IMG/VR virus record: IMGVR_UViG_3300048599_000270 | Coordinates: 1 to 35,662 of that record | Direction: 5' to 3' (one strand) | Length of the DNA stretch: 35,662 nt | Source of the DNA: a virus | Lineage: Duplodnaviria; Caudoviricetes | Shown: positions 8,357-17,300 of the stretch, piece by piece | Position numbering within the stretch: the first letter of the stretch is position 1 | How the letters are laid out: every line of letters starts with the position of its first letter | Translations under genes and position numbers: made by a program | The notes under the pieces: generated by a model | The model's database searches: none | What the model was told of the DNA's origin: nothing | The model's input: the letters and a program-made list of their open reading frames with translations, nothing else

Positions 8357-9217
8357 ATGTCCATCTCTCTGTACCTGGCGCGACCGTGGTCCGCTTGTTT
8401 CGAGGGTGAAGACGACGGCGCGAAGGCCGCCGCGGAGAAGGCCGCAGCCGAGGCTGCCGCCGCTGCCGCTGCCACCGCTGCCGGCAAGGTGTTCACCCAG
8501 GAGCAGGTCAATGGCATCGTCGCGGCCGACCGCCGCAAACTGGAAGAGGCGTTGAAGAAGACCGAGAAGCAGTACCAGGACTTGCTGGCCAGCCAAAGCC
8601 TCACCGAGCAAGAGCGGAAGGCCCTGCAAGCCAACTTGGAAATGGTCCAAGGCCAACTGCGGAGCAAGGAAGAGCAACTCCTGCTGGAAAAGAAACAGAT
8701 CGAGGAGTCCTACGCCAACAAGATGCAGGACATGGAAAAGAAGGCGAGTCACTTCGAGACGCTCTACCGTGACTCCACCATCGAACGGGCGCTTCAAGAC
8801 GCCGCGGTGAAGCACGAGGCGTGGAGCCCTTCGCAGGTCGTCTCGCTGTTGCGGCAGCAGACGAAGATGATCGAGGAGACGGACCCCAAGACCGGCAAGT
8901 TGACCGGCAAGTACAAGCCGATGGTCGAGATGCTGGCTCTCAACACGACGACCGGCGAGATGGAGACCAAGGCGTACACGCCCGAGGACGCCGTGAAGAA
9001 GATGAAGGACACGCCCGACACCTGGGGCAACCTCTTCAAATCCGGTGTGGTCTCGGGCATCGGCGCGGGAACGGCTACCGGCGGCCTTGCGCCGGGTCAA
9101 AGCGGCAGGTTGGATGCGGCGGCGATTCGCAAGCTGACGCAAGAACAGTACCGCGAGATTCGGGCCACCCACCCTGAATGGCTCGGTCTCAACCCTCTGC
9201 CCAAGAAGGGCCGCTAA
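8357..9217 (+). CDS. Capsid scaffolding protein
   Basis: Ala-rich linker, KVFTQEQVN motif, long coiled coil, LFKS-Gly-rich tail. Immediately upstream of the capsid gene. Confidence 0.88.
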   Translation: MSISLYLARPWSACFEGEDDGAKAAAEKAAAEAAAAAAATAAGKVFTQEQVNGIVAADRRKLEEALKKTEKQYQDLLASQSLTEQERKALQANLEMVQGQLRSKEEQLLLEKKQIEESYANKMQDMEKKASHFETLYRDSTIERALQDAAVKHEAWSPSQVVSLLRQQTKMIEETDPKTGKLTGKYKPMVEMLALNTTTGEMETKAYTPEDAVKKMKDTPDTWGNLFKSGVVSGIGAGTATGGLAPGQSGRLDAAAIRKLTQEQYREIRATHPEWLGLNPLPKKGR

Positions 9218-9317
9218 CGATTCAGGGGCCGGTAAGCAATGTCTGCTTGAGGCGGCGCACGTCACGGTGGCTTGCCGCAATGAGCAAAGTCCACACGAGA
9301 AACTTCGGAGAACAGCA

Positions 9318-10715
9318 ATGAACCGTTTGTACCTCAGCCAGCCCTTCGTGGCTTGCTACGAAAACAACCTCGACGCCTTCATTCCCGAGCAGTGGGCGCG
9401 CGAGGGCCTCGAAGTGCTCGAAGAGAACATGGTGATGGCGAACCTCGTCCACCGTGACTTCGAGCCCGAGATCGCCAAGTTCGGCGATGTGGTCAACACC
9501 CGCCGCCCCGGCGAGTTCAAGATTCGCCGCAAGAAGGACGGCACCACGCTCACCCAGCAGGACGCCGTAGCGACCAACGTGCAAGTGCCGTTGGATCAGT
9601 GGTTCTACTCGTCCTTCGTGATCCGCGACGGCGAGGGCAGCAAGTCGTTCCAGGAGTTGACCGACATCTACCTGCGGCCGGCGATGCAGACCATCGCCCG
9701 TGGCATCGACCGTGCCCTGCTCGGTCGGGTCCATGCTTACCTCGGCGCGCCGGCCGCGCGCGTGGGCAAACTGGGTGGTCTGACCGCCAGCACGGCCAAG
9801 GACTACGTGCTGGACGCCCGTGAGAAGCTGAACATCGCCAAGGCCCCAATGGACGGCCGTAAGCTGGTGATGGCTCCCACGAGCGAGACGGCCATGCTCA
9901 AGACCGACCTGTTCGTCAAGGCCAACGAGCGCGGCGACGGCGGCACGGCGCTTCAGAACGCCACGCTGGGGCGCATCCTCGGCTTCGAGACCCTGATGGA
10001 TCAGAACGTCAACTGCGTGCTGTCGGGCAGCGAAACCGACAGCGATCCGGTCACGGAGCCGTATGCCGCCGGGACCGCCGCCGGCACGGAGATCGCGTCC
10101 GTTCTGGCCCCCACGGCGGGTGAGTTCGTGGTCGTGGCCGGCAACGATCAGCCGACCTGGGCGACCGCGACCAATGCGGCCTGGTTCAAACTGAACGAGG
10201 CCCTGAAGTACGCGACCGAAGACAACGCCGTGGCCACGCGCTACGTGAAGTGCGTCACCGCCGCCGCCTACGCCACCGGCTACAGCGAGGGCGTGGCCCT
10301 GACCGTCACCGATGGCAAGGCCCCGCAGGTTGGACAGTTGCTCGCCTTCGGCGCGACCACCGGCACTCGGCACACCTACACGGTGATTGAGTCCGAGGGG
10401 AACGGCACGTCTTGCACCGTGTACCTGGATCGGCCGCTCGTGGCCGCCGTGGGCAACGGTGCCGATGCGTTCCCCGGTCCTTACGGGGCGATGAATCTCG
10501 CCTTCCACCGGGACGCGCTGGCGCTAGTCACTCGCCCGCTGGCCCTGCCGGACACCCGTGCGGGCGTGATGGTTGGAAACGCCGACTATAGCGGCATCAC
10601 CATGCGGGTCTTGGCCCAGTACGACATCAACGCGGGCGGCCTGATCGTCAACTGCGACATCCTCGCGGGCGTGGCAGTGCTGAACAGCGGCCTCTTGGTC
10701 CCCGTGCTCGGCTAA
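9318..10715 (+). CDS. Major capsid protein, P22-coat-like HK97 fold with enlarged insertion
   Basis: ATG 9318 after GGAG. IPEQWAREGLEVLEENMVMANLVHRDF..GDVVNTRRP, LGRILGFE, NLAFHRDALALVTRPL and DILAGV motifs. Confidence 0.92.
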   Translation: MNRLYLSQPFVACYENNLDAFIPEQWAREGLEVLEENMVMANLVHRDFEPEIAKFGDVVNTRRPGEFKIRRKKDGTTLTQQDAVATNVQVPLDQWFYSSFVIRDGEGSKSFQELTDIYLRPAMQTIARGIDRALLGRVHAYLGAPAARVGKLGGLTASTAKDYVLDAREKLNIAKAPMDGRKLVMAPTSETAMLKTDLFVKANERGDGGTALQNATLGRILGFETLMDQNVNCVLSGSETDSDPVTEPYAAGTAAGTEIASVLAPTAGEFVVVAGNDQPTWATATNAAWFKLNEALKYATEDNAVATRYVKCVTAAAYATGYSEGVALTVTDGKAPQVGQLLAFGATTGTRHTYTVIESEGNGTSCTVYLDRPLVAAVGNGADAFPGPYGAMNLAFHRDALALVTRPLALPDTRAGVMVGNADYSGITMRVLAQYDINAGGLIVNCDILAGVAVLNSGLLVPVLG

Positions 10716-10742
10716 CGGCCATTCGGTCGAGCGACTGAAACC

Positions 10743-10781
10743 GCCGCCCGCCCAGGACAACGCTTGGGCGGGCGGCCTCTC
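10743..10781 (+). terminator. Probable terminator/stabilising hairpin after the capsid gene
   Basis: GCCGCCCGCCCAG-gacaacgc-TTGGGCGGGCGGC followed by a weak pyrimidine run CTCTCT. Confidence 0.55.
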
Positions 10782-10819
10782 TGCCACACGCGGCCTCTCG
10801 ACGCGGACGGAGTTGCCTC

Positions 10820-11116
10820 ATGGAACTGCTACTTGCACAAGCCGACACGTTCGCCGATGCGATTGCCCTGCTCAAGCAGTACGGGCCGCTGGTCCTGGTC
10901 GTGGCCTTCCTCCTTTGGCAAAGCTGGGTCCGAGAGGCGCGCATGAGCAAGCGAATCACCAAGCTGGAGGACGAGCAGCGGAACGTGCTGATGCCGCTGG
11001 TCGAAAGGTGCGCGGACGTGATCGCGCAGAACACTCTGATGATGGAACGCTTGGAAAAGGCTCTGGACGAGCGGTTCGACTGCCCGTGGCGGCCGAAGTG
11101 TTCGCAACAAGCCTGA
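10820..11116 (+). CDS. Holin-like protein (BhlA/UviB-like: one TM plus coiled coil)
   Basis: LKQYGPLVLVVAFLLW then REARMSKRITKLEDE. SD GGAG. Confidence 0.55.
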   Translation: MELLLAQADTFADAIALLKQYGPLVLVVAFLLWQSWVREARMSKRITKLEDEQRNVLMPLVERCADVIAQNTLMMERLEKALDERFDCPWRPKCSQQA

Positions 11117-11135
11117 GCGAACGGCAGTGACGACC

Positions 11136-11648
11136 ATGACCTATCCTGCGAATTACTCCCTGAATCAGCAGATTCGCAGGACGCTCTACGCCCTGAAACG
11201 GCAGTACGGCGGCAGCATCGTTGTTTACCAGAATGGTTCGGTCGTCGCGGATACGAAGACGGGCGAGGTGGCCCGGACGAAGACGGCGACCCGGATTCAT
11301 CGGGCCATTGTCTTGCCCGTGACGGTAAGCCGCGAAGTGAAGCAGTCGATTTCGCTGATCTCCGCCAACAAGCAGATGGTCACGGGCGGCGGCTTTGAGT
11401 CGGGCAAGCGGCTGTTCATCATTGAGCGCCGCGACTGCCCGAACCTCGTGCTCTCGAAGAACGATTGGCTGGCCTACAACGGGCGGAAGTATTCAGTCGA
11501 GAACTACGAGGAGTACGAGTTCGATGCGGCGTACATCGTCACGGGGAAGGAACTACCCGGCGAGGGATTGGGCGTGCCTGGCTCGATTCTCAACCCTTCG
11601 GCTGGCGACGTGTTGGCGATGTCCTCGCAGGCGGGAGGGGAGACCTGA
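11136..11648 (+). CDS. Putative head-closure protein
   Basis: GSIVVY..DTKTGE and DWLAYNGRKYSV pattern, plus position. Alternative GTG start at 11127. Confidence 0.6.
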   Translation: MTYPANYSLNQQIRRTLYALKRQYGGSIVVYQNGSVVADTKTGEVARTKTATRIHRAIVLPVTVSREVKQSISLISANKQMVTGGGFESGKRLFIIERRDCPNLVLSKNDWLAYNGRKYSVENYEEYEFDAAYIVTGKELPGEGLGVPGSILNPSAGDVLAMSSQAGGET

Positions 11649-11651
11649 GTC

Positions 11652-12149
11652 ATGTCCGCCAATCCCAACTGGGCGCGGTGGGTGTTCGCATCCGTAGCCA
11701 CGTACCTGAAGCAAGTAGCCCAAAGCCAACAACTTCCCGTTTTGGTCGAAGGTTTGGACGACCGGACCACGGAGTTCATGGAAGCCACGGATCGGTGCGA
11801 AATCCGCATCACAGGTCCGTTCACAAAGGAACTGAGCCACAGCTACTTCCAGATCGAGGTGGTGGTCAACGTCCTCTTTCTGAGCCGTTACGAGGAGCAG
11901 AAGAATCAATACGCCATCATCCAAAAGATGGGCGCGTTCCACGAGGCGATGGACGGTGCCATTGCCGTGTACCGGTACGGAAACCAACTCGGCGACAACG
12001 AAAAGGCGCTGGTCGGCTGCCTCTCGCCGGTCCAGGGCCGCAGCGACGCCATCCGCGTCATGCACTTTGGACAGATCACCCCGACCGACCGAATCAAGCA
12101 GTCGATGGTAGACGCACGCTACCGGATGGAACTTTTCACCAACCAATAA
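11652..12149 (+). CDS. Putative tail terminator/completion protein
   Basis: 165 aa, lies between head closure and tail tube, alpha/beta pattern. Confidence 0.55.
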   Translation: MSANPNWARWVFASVATYLKQVAQSQQLPVLVEGLDDRTTEFMEATDRCEIRITGPFTKELSHSYFQIEVVVNVLFLSRYEEQKNQYAIIQKMGAFHEAMDGAIAVYRYGNQLGDNEKALVGCLSPVQGRSDAIRVMHFGQITPTDRIKQSMVDARYRMELFTNQ

Positions 12150-12164
12150 CCGGAGAAACCGAAC

Positions 12165-12962
12165 ATGGCACGCATCGAACTACGCGATTGCACCGTGCGG
12201 ATCAAGGACGGCCTGGGGGCGCATCCCGAGACCTACCCCTGCACGGCGCTTGGCAACAAGGCCCTCACGCCCGACAAGACGGCCGTGGCCCAGGGCGATA
12301 CCACCTGCAAGGTGTCCAGCACGAGCATCCCCACGGCGGTCGGCGGGAAGACCAAGAAGATCCCCATTGGCGCTCGCTTCACCATCGACGGTGAGACGGA
12401 CGCGGATGCCGTCCACATCGTCACGGCCCGCACGCAAAGTGCGGAGGAAGGGCACACGGACGAAACCACGGACATCACGTTCAGCCCAGCCCTCGGGGCC
12501 GGCACCTATGCCACGGACGCCGCCATCACGCTGCTGCCGCAGCAGCTCGAAGTGAAGATCGGCGATGGGAACATCACCTACACCGAACACAACGAGTACG
12601 ACTATTTGCTCGACCGGGACAACCTGGACACGGTGAAGGAGGGCAAGGAAGTCCCGATGGACGTGAAGTGGGATAGCGTCTACGAGCACATTACAACGGG
12701 CACGAGTGAGAACATCAGCCCGATGGACGCGCTCAAGGGGATCGGAGCGGCTTCGGAATGGATCAGCTACGCGGCCGACCCGTGCGAACCTTACGCTGTC
12801 GCCCTCGAAGTCGAGCACGTTCCGCCTTGTGGCACGAGCCAGGGCGAAACGACACTTTTCCCCGCCTTCCGCTCGGAGACCCGCGAAGTCAACTTCAAGG
12901 AGGCGACGATCTCCGTCACCGGCAAGTGCAACGTGACGGAGCCGGTCGTGAGCCGCACATAA
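12165..12962 (+). CDS. Major tail tube protein with inserted beta domain
   Basis: SD GGAG. IGDGNITYTE...ATISVTGKC beta pattern; followed by a terminator and chaperone genes. Confidence 0.8.
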   Translation: MARIELRDCTVRIKDGLGAHPETYPCTALGNKALTPDKTAVAQGDTTCKVSSTSIPTAVGGKTKKIPIGARFTIDGETDADAVHIVTARTQSAEEGHTDETTDITFSPALGAGTYATDAAITLLPQQLEVKIGDGNITYTEHNEYDYLLDRDNLDTVKEGKEVPMDVKWDSVYEHITTGTSENISPMDALKGIGAASEWISYAADPCEPYAVALEVEHVPPCGTSQGETTLFPAFRSETREVNFKEATISVTGKCNVTEPVVSRT

Positions 12963-13017
12963 GACGACTCCCCGGCCCGCTGAGGCCGGTTGGGCTGGCC
13001 TCTCTATGACCAGTCAA

Positions 13018-13064
13018 GCGGTGCCGGCAACCGGTGCCGGCATCGCCTCTTTTCCATTCCTTTT
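13018..13064 (+). terminator. Intrinsic terminator after the tail tube gene
   Basis: GCGGTGCCGGCA-accgg-TGCCGGCATCGC (12 bp, one G-U) followed by CTCTTTTCCATTCCTTTT. Confidence 0.6.
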
Positions 13065-13078
13065 AGCGAGGGAACAAC

Positions 13079-13606
13079 ATGAAGATTGCCGGCATTGACC
13101 CTAAGACTCTCTCGAACGAGGTAATCCTCGTTCTGCCGCGCGGCGAGACGGAGATCGTCTTCCGCGCCAAGGGCCTGCCCGACATGGCAGAGTTCGAGGC
13201 CCTGTGCCCCACGCCCAAGCCGCCGGGCAAGTTCACTAAAGACGGCTGGATTCCCAATCTCACCGATCCGACCTACCAGCAAGTGCTCGGCGAGTGGGCC
13301 AAGAAGAAGCTCGGCTACACCGTCTTCCGCTCGCTGGCCCCGTCCGAGATCGAGTGGGATTCCGTCAAAGAGAACGACCCTCGCACCTGGCCCAACTGGG
13401 AGCAAGACCTGAAAAGCGCGGGCCTGACCCAGGTGGAGTGCAACCGCGTGCTGGCGTTGGTCTTCGAGGCGAACGCCTTGGACGACGCCAAGCTGCAAAA
13501 GGCCCGCGATGTTTTTCTACGTGGTCAGGAACCGATGCCCGAAGAGTTCTCTTCGCCCCGCACCGAACAGCCGAGTACGCCGTCTGGCGGGCCTGCGAAC
13601 GGCTAG
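13079..13606 (+). CDS. Tail assembly chaperone (gpG-like)
   Basis: Position after the tail tube, low-complexity C-terminal tail, and an overlapping -1 frame ORF. Confidence 0.8.
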   Translation: MKIAGIDPKTLSNEVILVLPRGETEIVFRAKGLPDMAEFEALCPTPKPPGKFTKDGWIPNLTDPTYQQVLGEWAKKKLGYTVFRSLAPSEIEWDSVKENDPRTWPNWEQDLKSAGLTQVECNRVLALVFEANALDDAKLQKARDVFLRGQEPMPEEFSSPRTEQPSTPSGGPANG

Positions 13607-13773
13607 GCGTCCGTCCGCCGGGCGTCCGGCCCTCTTGGGACGAGTGCGGTGTTGAAGCCCAGGCTTTGATCGTCGCCTTCGACCAATTGCGGAGCCACGA
13701 CGAGGCCGAGCGGGATGCGCAACTGGCGGGGGCAAGGATGCCTTTGGCGGCCAGCAAGCCGAAGGGTTCCTGA
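13510..13773 (+). CDS. Tail assembly chaperone extension (gpT-like), reached by -1 frameshift; start approximate
   Basis: The -1 frame is open to 13773 with protein-like sequence (YAVWRACERLGVRPPGV..WDEC..QALIVAFDQLR) and no convincing independent start. Shifty GTTTTTC at 13511-13517. Confidence 0.7.
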   Translation, partial: CFSTWSGTDARRVLFAPHRTAEYAVWRACERLGVRPPGVRPSWDECGVEAQALIVAFDQLRSHDEAERDAQLAGARMPLAASKPKGS

Positions 13774-13775
13774 CC

Positions 13776-14309
13776 ATGAACTTCAAGGCGCAGTTCTCGA
13801 TTCCCCGCATCGACGTGGCCGCCTACCGCAACGCGCTGGACGCCCACATGAAGGGCGTAATCGCCCAGGGCCTCATGGAATGGCTGGAAGCGGTCTTGGC
13901 GGAAATCCCGGTGTGGAGCGGCGCGTCGCGGGCGACGTTCGTGAAACTCGCTCAGCAGATCAGCTACAACCTGCCCGTGCAGCCGGCGGCGGTCCAAGCG
14001 GCCCACGGGTTGTTCACGAGTCGCATCGACCGCACGGCGGAAGGTGTTTCGCAGAGCGAAGGGAGCCTGACGGCAAACAAGCAAACCGGCGAGTACACGT
14101 TCACCTACAGCACAACGCTTCCGTGGCTGATCTGGAACGAGTACCACAACGCCAACGTCGAGCCGGACCCGACGCTCTTCTATCGTTTGCTCGAACCTGG
14201 CCCCTATCAGTTTCAGGTCGTCGGGGCCAGAGCGTTCCTGCGGTTCGCGGAGAATGTGGACCTTCTCCCGGTCAGGTCTTACGTGCGTGCGGTGGCAGTG
14301 AAGACCTAG
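13776..14309 (+). CDS. Neck/tail-completion protein, HK97 gp10-like
   Basis: IPVWSGASRATF corresponds to the TPVDTGxLRxS motif; YSTTLPWLIWNEY. Confidence 0.65.
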   Translation: MNFKAQFSIPRIDVAAYRNALDAHMKGVIAQGLMEWLEAVLAEIPVWSGASRATFVKLAQQISYNLPVQPAAVQAAHGLFTSRIDRTAEGVSQSEGSLTANKQTGEYTFTYSTTLPWLIWNEYHNANVEPDPTLFYRLLEPGPYQFQVVGARAFLRFAENVDLLPVRSYVRAVAVKT

Positions 14310-14321
14310 CAAGGTGCATCA

Positions 14322-17300
14322 ATGGCCGACGAAATCGTCAACAAACTCGGCTTTAGCGTGGAAGAGGCCCTTCGGGCGCTTCAACGATTGGACGATGCGC
14401 TGCAAACTTCCGGCACGGCCTTCCAGACGTTCGGCCAGCAGGTCAACGCTTGGAACAGCGTGTCGGAATCCGCGCTCAACCGGATGAAGGAGATGGCTTC
14501 TGCGGCCTCGCGGATGGCCAGCGCCATGTCGAAGATGGGAGCCGGGCCGGCGACGCCAGCGGCCCCAACACCCGCTGCGCCCAACTCGAAACTCTGGCTG
14601 CCGGCGGATGTAGCCCAGGAGGTCGAGAAGACGACGAAGACCATGCAGGCCCTCGGCAGCGCATCGACCGAGGCGGGCGAGAAGATGCGCGATGCCGGTC
14701 AGCACGGCTCGAAGGCCGCCAACGACACCGGCGAGGCGGTGCGCAAAGCGCACGACCAGATGAAGGGGTGGACCGTAACGTGGGAGACGCTGACCCGCGT
14801 GGTGATGACTCAGGCCATCGTTCGGGCCTTGAGCCAAATCCGCGACCTGCTGCGCGAGGCAGTGGACGAGGCGCTGAAGTTCTCCACGCGCATCTCGGAA
14901 ATCCAGACGATCGCGCCGAAGATCGACCGGAACTTCCAGAGCCTCGGCGGCGAAGTCGCCAACCTCTCCAAGCGATTCAACTTCCCTCTGCCCGACACGG
15001 CCGAGGCGCTTTACCAGACCATTTCCGACCAATTCACCACGGCTGCCGAGCGTCAGGACATCCTGACCGCCGCCGGCAAGCTGGCGAAGGTCGGCGTGAT
15101 GGACCTGAATCAGGCCGTGTCGTTGTTGACCGGCACTCTCAACGCCTATGGGATGCAGTCCAGCCAGGCCGAGGTTGTGGCAGCCAAGTTCTTCAAGACC
15201 GTCGAGCTTGGCCGGATGCGTGGGGAAGAGTTGGTGCCGGTGATTGGCCGTTTGGTGCCCATTGCCAGCGAAATGGGCATCAGCCTCGATGAAGTCAACG
15301 CGGCGATGGTCGCCTTGACCATCGGCGGCATGAAGGTTCCCGAGGCGGCCACCAGTCTCCGCTCGGCGATGGCGGCCCTTATCAAGCCGTCGCAAGACCT
15401 GCAAAAGGAATTGAAGAACCTGGGCTATGAGTCCGGGCCGGCGATGGTCCATGCGTTGGGCCTCCAAGGCGCATTGCTCCAGATGAAGGAAAGCGCCAAT
15501 GAAGATGTGGCGGTGCTGGCGAAGTTAATTCGCAACATTCGCGCCTACAACGCAGAATCCCGTTTGGCGGGCGATGGTGCGGTGAAGGTGGCGGAAGCCA
15601 TGAAGGCCATGACCGACACCAACCTCGCACAGACCTTCGACGACATCTTCACGACCTTCACGTCCACCGACGCTCAGCAGTATATGGCTGAGTTGAACAA
15701 GTTCAAGGTCACGCTGGTCTCGGAGGTCGGGCCGGAACTTGTCAAGTTCCTCGGCGAGTTGATGAAGGCGGCCGGCGGCGCGGAGGGCCTGGCGGCGGCG
15801 ATCAAAGGGCTGGCGCAGACGGCAACGACGCTGGCGGAGCCGCTGGGGATCGCGGCCGGGGCGCTGGCGGCGTTCTCGCTGCGCGGCAAGCTGGCCGGCT
15901 TCACCGGCCTTGGCGGCACGATCTTCAACAACGTCGTCGCCCCGTTGACGATGGCGGTGTGGGCAGCCGACTTCCTCGATTCGCGCATGGGCTCCATGCT
16001 CGACGACATCAACGCCAAGGCCCGCAAACAGATCGACGAGATCGTCTCGGAGCAGAAGAAGGCGGCCCAGGCGCGAATCGACGCCGAAATGAAGGTCTAC
16101 GACGAGGCCGGCAAGCGCCTCGCGCAGTACGCCGCCGAGGTCAACAGGCAGTACAACGCCCAGGTCGAACGGGTACGGAAGGCGGACCAGGAATTGGTCG
16201 CCAATTCGCGGACCACGATGCAGACCATGATTACGGCCCGCGAGAAAGTCGTTCAGCAATTGCGCTCGGCCGCGCAGGAAGCCAACAAGGCCGTTGAAGA
16301 CTCGATGAAGCGGCAGGCGGACGCGCAGCTTCGCCTGGACGACATCCTCTTCAAGCGGCGGCTCGAAGAGCGGCAGAAGTACGACGACTACTACAAGAAG
16401 CCCGATGTCACGGAGCGGCTATACGAAGACCGCGCCTTGGAGTTGGCGCGTGAAGCGGCCAAGAAGCTGGCAACCGCAGAGACCCCCGACCAGGAACGGG
16501 CGGCCCAGGCGATCTTCCAGCGGGCGGCGGCCTACGCTCAGGAAGCCGACCAGATCGCCAGGGGCACGGAAGACGAATGGCTGCGGAAGCGTGCCGCCGA
16601 TGCGGTCGAAGAGATCATCCGCAAGCAGATCGACGCCGAAAGGCAACTCCAGGTTGCCAGCACGGCCCGTGCGGGGACCGCTGCCAGGGCGGCGGCGGGC
16701 GAGCAAGAGCGTGTGGACCGGATGAAGGTCTACATGAAGCAAATCCTCACGGACCTTGATCTGTTCGACAAGAAAGGGCAGATGGACCCCAAGAAGTCCG
16801 CCGCTTTGTCGGACGACCTGAAGGCCAAGATGGAGTTGTTCAAGAAGGACTGGATGGAGGGCCAGAACATCGACCTGGGCGAGGCATTGAAGTTCGACGC
16901 CTTGCAGAAGCGGGTCAAGACCGCCTTAGAGGGTGGTGTCGCGGAGGCCGAAGTCCAGAGGCTCTTTGCTTCGCCAAAGACCATCGACGAGTTCCGTTCC
17001 CAGGTGGAGGCCGGCTTCAACAAGACGCCGATGGACGTGAAGCTCTTGATGCCCTTCGCCTCCCCGGACTTCGCCAAGCAGTTGCTCGGCCAGATGGCGC
17101 TGCCGGATCGGAACGCCTACCTCAAGGAAGCGACCACTGAATACCAGAAGCAGATCGAACTGGTCAGGAAGTTGGAGGAAGATCAGAAGAACCTGACCGC
17201 TGGCGTGACGCAGCAGAAGGCCGCGGTGGGGATGCTCGGCGCGAACGTCACGGCCTACCAAATGGGATCGGAGAAGTGGGCCACATTCCTGATCCAGGCG

